A DNA stretch of 64,000 nt, from positions 32,001 to 96,000 of IMG/VR virus record IMGVR_UViG_3300028833_000098; one strand, 5' to 3'. Below are positions 50,720 to 59,959 of this stretch, piece after piece. Within the stretch, counting starts at the first letter, position 1; every line of letters begins with the position of its first letter. The stretch comes from a virus (taxonomy: Duplodnaviria > Caudoviricetes). The translations under genes were made by a program, and so were the position numbers. The notes beneath the pieces were generated by a model. The model was not told where the DNA came from and searched no databases. It saw nothing but the letters and a program-made list of their open reading frames with translations.

Positions 50720-53700
50720 TATTATCATCTTCCTCCTCTCCAGTTGTTGTGATTTCATATGATATAATCTGTTTATATTCAGAATTCTTTATGAAATCTT
50801 CCGATTGATATATATGATTTGATTCATCAATGTTCATCAATTGTTTTTCAATATATCCAGTATTAAAATGAATACCTATATTGTCAATTGTTATAAATCG
50901 ATCATCATACACATATGATCCAGGATGGGTGTCATTAGTTTGTATCATTAACACGTTACTTTTTTGACCAACTTTATACTTTGTATAGTTATTAAAGTTA
51001 GCGACATATAGCTTGAGATTTCCTATAAAGAAGAAACCTTTAAAGCTTGCAGGACGATACCATGATCTATTATCCATTGCGCCAGTGTTGAATGGCAACG
51101 CGGTTGATATCCATTGTTTCACTTTCATATTGTATATGTATAGTGTGGATACATTCCCGGATATTGTTACATAGATCAGACCGTTCGACACTGATATTGT
51201 CTTTGGCTGATATGATGTATAAGGTGTCAGTATGTGTTCATCGGGAGTTCTTACATCATGATCGGGATTATCGGAAATTATATACAGATGACCAGTCTGT
51301 GTTAGATAAAACTTTCCATCATCATAACATATACATTTTGTACCAGGTTCATATGCATCCCATGGTGATCCAGGAAATGATATACGTGTAAGAGATGTTT
51401 TATCATATACTCGTGGACCAACACATTCATCCGATTCCCAAAATGTCAAAACAGTATATTTACCAACACACATCTCATTTCGTCGTCCACCGTTTGTATC
51501 AGTATCAGGCACAAATGTAAATGATGTTGTGAGTGTATTAAATCTTACAAAACCATACTGAGTCAACAATAGTATCATTGTCGGTGAAACCCATTCCATT
51601 TTTCCATACGCATTAACATTGTAATTTGTATCAGAAGCTGGAGTATTGTATGCAGTATATGGCTTTGAAGGATCTATGGGTACACGAAGAATTCTGATGA
51701 GATACTCTCTATTTAGCATACATGAATTGGTTAAATAGATATACTCATCATCAACGAGAATGCTACCACCTGTGCATGCAGTATTTGATTGATCAAGAAC
51801 TGTAACAGGTATATTATCTCTGACGATATATGATTTATTTTCAATTATATTGAATCTTGTGATTCTAATGACAGAGTTGTTTAACAATGATGCAGTATAG
51901 ATGTTACGTTTGTATTCACATGATGAAGAATTCATTACCGATGTTATTGCGGTTACTCCATCCGGCATAAAACTTCCTATATGGGTCTTATATCTATTTG
52001 GAACAATATCTCCTGTTCCAACACGTAACAAATCCAATTTGTCTATCGTCTTTTCAGGTTTTGTTGGATAATAGTATGATGTTGGTTTGGCCCTTGTTTT
52101 GAATTGTACTATGTAAACCGTTGTATCGGAAGATGGAACATCTGACATATCAAATGATAAATCCATGTTCAATCTTCTATTTTCGGCAATACCTGTGATT
52201 GTATATTCGAGGTTTATATCAACATTATCATCACAATCAGCATCATATAGATCATCCAATATTTCCAAGGTAGAATACTCGGTAAACTGAACATGTTGTT
52301 TTGTTGGTATAACCACACCTCTTATTTTATCAACATCAGTATTGAATCTATCATACACGTAGAATCTGTGTACATCCATCAATCCTTCATCGGATACAAT
52401 TGATCCACTACTAACGCCATATTCATTAAATACTTCCGGCGTTAATTCGGAAATCGCGATTGATTCCCAAGTATTTGTATCTGTGTTATATGATTTATAC
52501 GAATATTCATCCTGTGCTATGACATATACAGCCGAAACACTCTCAGCGGTTATTTCAATACATGTCATATTACGAACTGGATTACCGCCAGTAATTAACT
52601 GAGTATCTGTCAACCAATATTGAGAATCGGGAATATAACCTGTCGGTTTAAATGATGATTCTGTTAATACATATCCAGATCCACCAGATCCACCTTTATC
52701 ATCATCACCAGAACCATCAACTTCGGTACCATTACCGCCGAACCAACCATTGCCGCCAGAACCTCCATAACCGCCATTGTAGTAAGTGCCAACACCATTA
52801 AATCCGAAGCCTCCACCTGCAGTCGATTGAGCAGGAGTTCCTGTTTGGGTTCCGGGACCATTATTCGTACCATAACCGCCGTTTCTAAATGATGTTCCTG
52901 CGAGACCGCCACCATTTCCTCCCAACAGATCATTCGCACCTTGGCCACCGCCTCCACCGGCAACTATAATTCTTGATAATGCTGATTCTTGTTCGTCTTC
53001 ATACTCTGTTTTCTCAACAACATCACCACAAACAAATGGATCACCTGCTGGTGATGTATATGCTATACCATTAATGATGTCATATAATCCGGACACCTGT
53101 TCTTCAGCATCTGGTTTTGATTTAAATGGGACATAATATCTTTTAAGCACATTATTCTCATATATCTTGAATGAATATATTTTTGCATATGCTCGTGCAT
53201 CTGGTCCAACATCTCTATCATTATAAGCGAATAAATATGTATTCAGTGGCGAAGTAAATGAATTATCTCCTACATTTATAGATCCAACTTGTGTACCATT
53301 CATATCATACCATGTGAATGTATTTTTAGCTGTTGCTACAATACGAATCTTTGTATCAAACGGCATGGCACTTCCATAATTATATGAACTGCCTGCACCA
53401 ACAACCGTTTGATTAGTGCCATTATCTCTGTACAGGACCATGAACATGTCTGTTGATGAAGAATTTCTTTGACCAAATAGAACCATGTATCTCGGTGTTG
53501 ATGGTACTGATTCAGGATTCTTCAATGAAGTAATAATTTCATACTTCGATGTGTTAGAATTAAAAATATGATTCAAATTGATATATTGTGTACGGTTTGA
53601 TTCAATATATTCAATCTGATCATATTCATCAGGAATCTTACGTTTTTGAACAGTTAGACGAATATCTGTAGCACCACCACCAGCGGTTGCACCATATAGA

Positions 53701-55859
53701 TGATTGGCATAACTACCCATTTTAACATTGAACCACATTCTGTTGTTGAATATAGAATCATGTGTAGCGGAACCAGATCCCAAGCCAACAAGATATGATG
53801 ATGAACCAACACGGCAATCCAAATCTGTTACATTCTTCAGATTCATGACTCCTTCAGCATAGCCACCTTTACCTGTATGGGATGCATGCCAACGTACACC
53901 ACCATCACCACCATAACATTTGATGCGGTATGTTCCTGGAAGTAATGAGATTTTTTGTTTTTCACCAGTGTATGGTACATGCAATATGTTACCAGTGAAT
54001 ATATTGTCAACTTTTTCATACACTGTGATTGACGGACCGTTGAATGCTTGGCATGGTAACATCATGAAATCTCGGAAGTATAATGAAGGTATCAGATCCT
54101 CAACGCCATACATATAATCGTCCGGTTTATAGGATGATTCTGTCAATACATATGAAGTTCCACCTGAACCGTTTGAAGCAGTGTAGCTGTTGGAGGATTG
54201 TTGTAAACCTCTTAAAGCATATCCGCCATACCAGCCTCCGCCACCACCGGATTGACCTTCCATTCCAAATGCTGTATTCCAAATATATGTCCTATCTTGT
54301 GCATTAGCACCTATACCGAATGAAGCACCTGATGTTTGATTTGCACGAGTGTATGCCCAGTTGGTTGATGTTGCACTACTACCAGCAACGACCCATCCAC
54401 TCTCAGGTCCGCCACCGAATGACAAGAAGTCTTGATATGAATTATTGTTGGTTTGACATCCTGTTCCTCCTCCGCCGCCAGCAACAAATATTCGCGAATA
54501 CAAACCGGAATCAATTCTCCTTATCACTGAAGGACCAATCGTGAAGTTATTACCGGCATCTTTGGTATATACCTTTCCTTCAACGGCATCATATAAGCCA
54601 GATGGATCAGCAGTCAGGTATTTATTGAGTGAGAAACTAGTAACTGCCGCTGGAGTAAAGTTTGTATCATTGGAATAGCGCAAAACAATTCTAACGAACT
54701 TTGTATTCGCATTTAACGTTGATATCGTTCCACCAGGTTGCCAGGGACCATCAACAATACATGTCTTATTTTCATCATATTCCATTATTGATACCTGGAG
54801 ATCATTTGATAATCCAGACATGCATGGATAAGAAGTGTCCACATCGATGTATCCTACTGAACGGACTCTTGACGAACTATAATTATCTCCAGTTGTATAT
54901 ATAGTACCCTGTTCAAAAACAATGTCGGATGTATCCATTGCAACGCCACCTGCGTTCTTAAAAGGAACTAGGTCTCGTACCAGGACATCATCATTATTCA
55001 TTATTTTGAATGAATATATTTTCGCAATTGTTTTACTATTATCGGGGTTGCCGTTATGATTAAGATCAAATAGTAATAACGGATATGCACCATCAACCTG
55101 TGTTGCGGGGTTTGTATATGTTAATATTTCAACATCATTCATATCATACATGGTGACATTGTTTTTATTAACTACAATTTTTACCTTTTGATCATATGTC
55201 ATAGCAGGACCGCGTGATTGTGAGTCATTCAATGATGCAACTGCGAAATTTATCCTATCGCCTTCAAATCTTGTGAATAATACAAGCTGAGGAAAACGTG
55301 ATCCGAATAATGCTTGATAACTGCGTCCGCCATTATTTGATACACTACAAACACATTCTATTTTTGTATCTGATTTATGAATGAAATTTGTATTGATATA
55401 CTGAGTACCATCAGATTGAATGTATTCAACCTCTTCAATTCCTTCGGGTAGCGTATGAGTCTTTTTGTCGTCAATTACAATGATACCATCATTTCGAATA
55501 CGTATATCGGATGCACCACCGCCGCCAGCTCCATTCTGATAGTCTCTGGTTGCAGCTAAACCACCATTTCCACCACCGTTGAATCCTCCTTTTGGACGTT
55601 CATTGGTGTTTGATGTATTTTCACCATTTCCTCCCACGGCAGCATAGAAAGTTTGCTCATGATCCAGGTCAAGTATTCCATATGTCGTACCACCCCATGA
55701 TTTAAATGCATTTGATGTACTATCTCCACCTTTTGCACCATTTGCAACGAACAGATATGTTCCTGGTGCAAGAGAGAATTCTTCTACTTCACCTGTGTAT
55801 TCAAATGATTTACGAGGTTTCCATATAATATCTTTATATAAGATAAAATCTGTATCCAT
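50712..55859 (-). CDS. glycine-rich tail protein with two Gly-rich domains and two ConA/LamG-like inserts
   Basis: Duplicated GGGxxDIR...RIxVAGGGGG...GGGWYGG and duplicated EYIxSxxTQYIN...AKIYSFKI...VPFK...SGLYD. Confidence 0.7.
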   Translation of the reverse strand: MDTDFILYKDIIWKPRKSFEYTGEVEEFSLAPGTYLFVANGAKGGDSTSNAFKSWGGTTYGILDLDHEQTFYAAVGGNGENTSNTNERPKGGFNGGGNGGLAATRDYQNGAGGGGASDIRIRNDGIIVIDDKKTHTLPEGIEEVEYIQSDGTQYINTNFIHKSDTKIECVCSVSNNGGRSYQALFGSRFPQLVLFTRFEGDRINFAVASLNDSQSRGPAMTYDQKVKIVVNKNNVTMYDMNDVEILTYTNPATQVDGAYPLLLFDLNHNGNPDNSKTIAKIYSFKIMNNDDVLVRDLVPFKNAGGVAMDTSDIVFEQGTIYTTGDNYSSSRVRSVGYIDVDTSYPCMSGLSNDLQVSIMEYDENKTCIVDGPWQPGGTISTLNANTKFVRIVLRYSNDTNFTPAAVTSFSLNKYLTADPSGLYDAVEGKVYTKDAGNNFTIGPSVIRRIDSGLYSRIFVAGGGGGTGCQTNNNSYQDFLSFGGGPESGWVVAGSSATSTNWAYTRANQTSGASFGIGANAQDRTYIWNTAFGMEGQSGGGGGWYGGYALRGLQQSSNSYTASNGSGGTSYVLTESSYKPDDYMYGVEDLIPSLYFRDFMMLPCQAFNGPSITVYEKVDNIFTGNILHVPYTGEKQKISLLPGTYRIKCYGGDGGVRWHASHTGKGGYAEGVMNLKNVTDLDCRVGSSSYLVGLGSGSATHDSIFNNRMWFNVKMGSYANHLYGATAGGGATDIRLTVQKRKIPDEYDQIEYIESNRTQYINLNHIFNSNTSKYEIITSLKNPESVPSTPRYMVLFGQRNSSSTDMFMVLYRDNGTNQTVVGAGSSYNYGSAMPFDTKIRIVATAKNTFTWYDMNGTQVGSINVGDNSFTSPLNTYLFAYNDRDVGPDARAYAKIYSFKIYENNVLKRYYVPFKSKPDAEEQVSGLYDIINGIAYTSPAGDPFVCGDVVEKTEYEDEQESALSRIIVAGGGGGQGANDLLGGNGGGLAGTSFRNGGYGTNNGPGTQTGTPAQSTAGGGFGFNGVGTYYNGGYGGSGGNGWFGGNGTEVDGSGDDDKGGSGGSGYVLTESSFKPTGYIPDSQYWLTDTQLITGGNPVRNMTCIEITAESVSAVYVIAQDEYSYKSYNTDTNTWESIAISELTPEVFNEYGVSSGSIVSDEGLMDVHRFYVYDRFNTDVDKIRGVVIPTKQHVQFTEYSTLEILDDLYDADCDDNVDINLEYTITGIAENRRLNMDLSFDMSDVPSSDTTVYIVQFKTRAKPTSYYYPTKPEKTIDKLDLLRVGTGDIVPNRYKTHIGSFMPDGVTAITSVMNSSSCEYKRNIYTASLLNNSVIRITRFNIIENKSYIVRDNIPVTVLDQSNTACTGGSILVDDEYIYLTNSCMLNREYLIRILRVPIDPSKPYTAYNTPASDTNYNVNAYGKMEWVSPTMILLLTQYGFVRFNTLTTSFTFVPDTDTNGGRRNEMCVGKYTVLTFWESDECVGPRVYDKTSLTRISFPGSPWDAYEPGTKCICYDDGKFYLTQTGHLYIISDNPDHDVRTPDEHILTPYTSYQPKTISVSNGLIYVTISGNVSTLYIYNMKVKQWISTALPFNTGAMDNRSWYRPASFKGFFFIGNLKLYVANFNNYTKYKVGQKSNVLMIQTNDTHPGSYVYDDRFITIDNIGIHFNTGYIEKQLMNIDESNHIYQSEDFIKNSEYKQIISYEITTTGEEEDDNNG

Positions 55860-55898
55860 ATTATTTCACCACCCTTATTCATTTAATTATAAAAAAAA

Positions 55899-56348
55899 TT
55901 AATCCTCATTGTCATTCGTTAGAATGTTCGAATATGGTGTATCGGAAGGATTATATTCAACAACAGTAACATTCTCGGGTAATGCATTGACTTCTGTTGG
56001 TGTCGGTGAATGATCGAATGTAACGATCTGAGAATCGTAACCAAGAAGCTTGAGATTACCATCAGCGCAATCCTGTTGAACAGTGACTGATGTGTATGAT
56101 GTTCCACCATTATAAGGAACGACGAGATATGCTATGTCTGTATTTGGATCTATAAGCGCTTGATAACGTTTATATTCTTTTCCAGATTCATATACTTCAA
56201 AACCATTTCCGGTTCCACCGCCACCACTACCATGTTTGAGTTCCATAAGATCTTCTGTAAGACGATGAATGATCTGCCTTTGTTGATCCACAAGATCTAT
56301 TAAGCGACGGAAACACTCCTCGATATTATTTGTATTATTATCTGCCAT
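55899..56348 (-). CDS. hypothetical virion-associated protein
   Basis: Coiled coil, GSGGGG linker and small C-domain; SD GGAGGTG. Confidence 0.6.
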   Translation of the reverse strand: MADNNTNNIEECFRRLIDLVDQQRQIIHRLTEDLMELKHGSGGGGTGNGFEVYESGKEYKRYQALIDPNTDIAYLVVPYNGGTSYTSVTVQQDCADGNLKLLGYDSQIVTFDHSPTPTEVNALPENVTVVEYNPSDTPYSNILTNDNED

Positions 56349-56362
56349 TTTGAACACCTCCA

Positions 56363-56563
56363 TTATTGATTTTGCTCTTCAACCCATTCGTGTATCTTTT
56401 CAGCACAACGATTGAGATCTTTATTGATTTCTTCGAGATCACTATTTATCGGGTTAAGGATATCATTAAATTTACTCACTACATATTGCCAAGGAATCAG
56501 TGCAACTGAATCCCCATTCTCAAGATCAAACAACACAGGTTGTTTTGGATCACGTGCTGCCAT
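56363..56563 (-). CDS. small hypothetical protein
   Basis: SD GAAAGGAG. Confidence 0.6.
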   Translation of the reverse strand: MAARDPKQPVLFDLENGDSVALIPWQYVVSKFNDILNPINSDLEEINKDLNRCAEKIHEWVEEQNQ

Positions 56564-56632
56564 ATTAACAGCTCCTTTCTTTATTAGGTTATGAAAGCGT
56601 TCGACACTATAAAAAACAAAAAAGAATATTCG

Positions 56633-56654
56633 TTGAGGGCTTGTACGCCCTCAA
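56633..56654 (-). terminator. intrinsic terminator
   Basis: TTGAGGGC-loop-GCCCTCAA with a downstream minus-strand T tract. Confidence 0.65.
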
Positions 56655-56765
56655 TTATATTCTCTAAACATTTTTCATCCACCTTGCCTACGGTGGCTTT
56701 ATCAATGACTCATAACTTGTCCGTTACACAATCAAAGACTTATTAGCGTTTATATTCAATTTTAA

Positions 56766-57551
56766 TTAATAAACCCGTGTATTATAATCTTCACATGAGT
56801 GCACTTCATGCAAGATATAACGGGATTTCAACAGGTTACAGTTGTAAACTTTTGCCGAAGGGTATAATTCGTTTACTTCTGTAACGGTAAGTTTTCCAGG
56901 TATCGGCCTGGGCTTCTTAAGACAAATATGATCTCCATATCCGTCGGTATAACAGTGCTTACAAGTGAAACACTGTTTCTTTATTACTCTTCTGATCAAA
57001 GGTACAGAACCGAGCTGATCAGAAGATATCTCGGATTCTATTTTATCATTGTTGAGGACATCTTCTGCTTTTCTTATTCTGCGGAATTCCTCAACGGTCT
57101 TTGTTAAGATTTCTGTAAACAGTGCCTGAACTCCTCTGATGCCACCGAAACATCTTATGAAGTTTTTGACGCTGTTTTTATCGAGTTCGGTTATTGGTAT
57201 GACCGGAACTCGATTGTATTTCATTGTGTCGATGAGTATGCCCTGTGCATACTTTATTACGTCTTCCGGGGTGTAACCAACAACCCAGAAATTATTTTTT
57301 ACCTCATCAAGATATGGCAATTCCCTTATCGATCTTACGAGGGCTTTTATAAGCCTCCTACCTGGTAACCCCAGTGAGTTAATAAATGCCATGATCTTTT
57401 TGAGATCTGTTTCACCAATCGTAAAAGTAATTGGTGTTCGAATTAAGAAACCCGAATCATGCATCGGGTTTATTGTCAGAAAATTCCTGGGAATGTTATC
57501 TGTTTTTATTCCCAATTTTTCGAAATATCTAATCTCCTTTGTTCTTTCCAT
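56766..57551 (-). CDS. hypothetical protein with C-terminal Cys/His cluster
   Basis: CFTCKHC...C...C...C and SD AGAGGAG. Confidence 0.65.
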   Translation of the reverse strand: MERTKEIRYFEKLGIKTDNIPRNFLTINPMHDSGFLIRTPITFTIGETDLKKIMAFINSLGLPGRRLIKALVRSIRELPYLDEVKNNFWVVGYTPEDVIKYAQGILIDTMKYNRVPVIPITELDKNSVKNFIRCFGGIRGVQALFTEILTKTVEEFRRIRKAEDVLNNDKIESEISSDQLGSVPLIRRVIKKQCFTCKHCYTDGYGDHICLKKPRPIPGKLTVTEVNELYPSAKVYNCNLLKSRYILHEVHSCEDYNTRVY

Positions 57552-57570
57552 TTTCTTTAACTCCTCTTTT

Positions 57571-57621
57571 TATATTATTAATATGGATGATGTTCTTTAT
57601 TTCATCCATATTAATAATATA
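57571..57621. repeat. perfect 20-bp inverted repeat overlapping the promoter motif
   Basis: TATATTATTAATATGGATGA-11nt-TCATCCATATTAATAATATA. Confidence 0.85.
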
Positions 57622-57645
57622 TATACGAAGTTAAAGTATATTAGA

Positions 57646-57843
57646 TTAGAAATCGAAGTCAGAACACTCTGCTTCGTCGTCACCTTCGTCGTTTGACATG
57701 ATTTCATACATGTCATCATCGAATTCTCCAAAGTCATCGTCGTCTTCTTCATCAAGAATATCATTCTTTGATGTGTAAGCAAGATAAGCCACTAAAGCGG
57801 ATACGATGGTTACTATGAATGCTATAATTGCAAACTTTTTCAT
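57646..57843 (-). CDS. small membrane protein with polyacidic tail
   Basis: MKK plus TM helix and a D/E-rich tail; SD CAGGAGGT. Confidence 0.65.
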   Translation of the reverse strand: MKKFAIIAFIVTIVSALVAYLAYTSKNDILDEEDDDDFGEFDDDMYEIMSNDEGDDEAECSDFDF

Positions 57844-58112
57844 ACTAAATACCTCCTGACATATTTACCGAGAGCTTCAGTAAATGTGTTGTTAAATTTA
57901 TCCATATGCTCACTCGTACGATTCTGCAACCAGTAAACCTCGTCGATTGTCATCAGTATTGAGAAAGCAATATGTACTTCGTCATGTTTTTCGAGAGATG
58001 AGAATTCAAATGTCAAATAGAATCTTGTAAGGAAATAATCCTTAATCTCTCGAATGATTCTATAGTCACCGTCATGGTGATGAGACATTTTTATCATTTT
58101 CCGGATAATCAT
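57840..58112 (-). CDS. hypothetical protein
   Basis: ATG after GGAGG, overlapping the end of the ATPase gene. Confidence 0.5.
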   Translation of the reverse strand: MIIRKMIKMSHHHDGDYRIIREIKDYFLTRFYLTFEFSSLEKHDEVHIAFSILMTIDEVYWLQNRTSEHMDKFNNTFTEALGKYVRRYLV

Positions 58113-59313
58113 CGTCAACCTCCAATTTCTCGATGAGCTGTTCGATAGTGTATCCTCTCATGACATCCGTTTGTAATTCAGCAAACGTTATATGTCTGCG
58201 TATATTAACAGTTCTATCAGGATATCTTTTATAATGGAACATACAGAACTCTCTAAATGTTTCATCACATACACCTTTGACCTCTAATTGAATATCACAT
58301 CTGCCGGGACGAATCAATGCCGGATCAAGATATTCCTTATGATTTGTCGTGAGAACATATATGATATTATCAGATGCATAAATGCCATCCATGCAATTTA
58401 ATATCGATGATAGGTTGGCTTTTCGTTTACGCATCTCAGTATCAGTATCGGGTAAGTCGCCATTGTGGTTGTAGTAACCTCCAGAGAAGAAACAGTCAAC
58501 GTCCTCTATTGCTAATACCGAATATGATTCATTGTCAGGTCTAACTTGTAATTCTGATAATGAATCTTCAAGCCATCCAATGTCTGCACCATTGAGTACA
58601 TTGTATTTGGCTTTTAAATGTTCTGCTATAGCTTGTGTAATGACACTTTTTCCTGTACCTGGTTCTCCATATAACAATATTCCAAAATGATATGGAATAT
58701 TGTTATCGATATACCATTGCCGTTTATTTACAAAATCATCCAATGAGTTTATTAACAATTCCTTATCTTTCTTTGGAATAAAGATGTCATCGAAAGTTCT
58801 TCTCTTTCTGATGTTTATGTCTCTAAATCCACCTCTACCACATACATTTGCTCGATTGATTCTTCCCCATCTTTCTTTGTCCTTTTTATTATTATATGCG
58901 ATCATCCTATCTATGAAAAGATTCATATTGTCTATAAACTTTTTATGTCTGAATGTACGAAGGAAGTAGTTTCCTGTTGTTGCAGTATGATGGTTATCCG
59001 ATACTGTATCAGGAATCATGTCAAGCCATATTGGTAAACCATGATACATTCTGAGCACACTTCTATGTCTCGTCATAGGAGTTCCATTGGATGGATTAGA
59101 TTTCCTCTTATGAGGTACACCATCAAAGTTCGCATAACTCAATTGATATCCTACAGATGGGAATATCTCTTCTAATGTTGTATAACCCCACATCATTTGA
59201 GTTATATTTATCGAGAAATATAAATTGTCTGTTTGGTTGTTCAATATGTTTGTACACATATCGACACCTTTTTTGATTAATAGATTCTTTATGAATTTTT
59301 TCGGTTCATACAT
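58072..59313 (-). CDS. BCS1-like AAA+ ATPase
   Basis: WYxxxxIPY, Walker A GEPGTGKS, Walker B IEDVD, LSSILNCMDG and SRH TTNHKEYLDPALIRPGRCD. Confidence 0.85.
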   Translation of the reverse strand: MYEPKKFIKNLLIKKGVDMCTNILNNQTDNLYFSINITQMMWGYTTLEEIFPSVGYQLSYANFDGVPHKRKSNPSNGTPMTRHRSVLRMYHGLPIWLDMIPDTVSDNHHTATTGNYFLRTFRHKKFIDNMNLFIDRMIAYNNKKDKERWGRINRANVCGRGGFRDINIRKRRTFDDIFIPKKDKELLINSLDDFVNKRQWYIDNNIPYHFGILLYGEPGTGKSVITQAIAEHLKAKYNVLNGADIGWLEDSLSELQVRPDNESYSVLAIEDVDCFFSGGYYNHNGDLPDTDTEMRKRKANLSSILNCMDGIYASDNIIYVLTTNHKEYLDPALIRPGRCDIQLEVKGVCDETFREFCMFHYKRYPDRTVNIRRHITFAELQTDVMRGYTIEQLIEKLEVDDDYPENDKNVSSP

Positions 59314-59361
59314 TTCCTTTACCTCCATTATTTTTCATATTATTATTTAACGAGATTAATA

Positions 59362-59529
59362 ATATGACGATCGGTATCTAAATGGGTTCTTTTGTTCATC
59401 AAATTCCATATGGTGTGCATTTATATTTTTATATCAGATTGGTGTTTAACCGCAGAATACTTCAGATGACGAAGTATCCGGGATGTATATTTCTCCCATG
59501 GAATCACTTCCTTTCGCCGATCGTCATAT
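59362..59529 (-). ncRNA. putative structured 5' leader / ncRNA
   Basis: 13-bp terminal inverted repeat, nested 7-bp stem and inner 9-bp hairpin, directly downstream of the promoter motif. Confidence 0.45.
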
Positions 59530-59530
59530 A

Positions 59531-59541
59531 AATAATATATA
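59531..59541 (-). promoter_or_regulatory. putative early promoter (TATATTATT)
   Basis: TATATATTATT just after the 59563 terminator. Confidence 0.55.
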
Positions 59542-59562
59542 TTAAAAAATAAAGAATAATAG

Positions 59563-59580
59563 ATGGGGCATATGCCCCAT
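59563..59580 (-). terminator. intrinsic terminator
   Basis: ATGGGGCA-ta-TGCCCCAT followed by a T-rich tract on the minus strand. Confidence 0.7.
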
Positions 59581-59587
59581 CATATAT

Positions 59588-59958
59588 TCACATTAATATT
59601 TTTATCTTTGCCTTATACCTTTCAAACAAGTCATTCAATGTTCTACATCCTGAAGGGTATAACCAGAATAACTTTACAGAAGCATCAATTTCATATGGAG
59701 CCAATACAACAACAGTATCAGCTCGGATCGGGATTACATCATCTAATTTGGAAACCTCACCATGTTTGATAAGATCAACAAATCTATCTTCGGTTATAAT
59801 TCTATCAATGAATTTTAATGATTCCTTATAGATGAATGTTTGCTTTCCTGAGAAATCGATGTACCGTTCTGTTTTCTTAACACATATAGCGGGTCATATC
59901 CTGCTTCACTCATGTGTTTGTAATATGCTTTTAATTCCTCGTCTGTCCATTCTTTCAT
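59588..59958 (-). pseudogene. ~123-aa hypothetical gene interrupted by an apparent 1-nt frameshift
   Basis: MKEWTDEELKAYY...YDPL continues in the -1 frame as KKTERYIDFSGKQ...KIKILM*. Span is 371 nt (3n-1). Confidence 0.55.
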
Positions 59959-59959
59959 A

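Noticed and set aside
16610-56605. AR9-like late promoter AACA-N6-TA upstream of late genes (16614, 29040, 39895, 56595)
   Set aside because: Spacing and sequence are inconsistent among candidates and not distinguishable from background by eye.
56655-56765. Intergenic stretch with small hairpin CCACC-TTGCCTAC-GGTGG
   Set aside because: Only a 5-bp stem and no other support for an RNA element.
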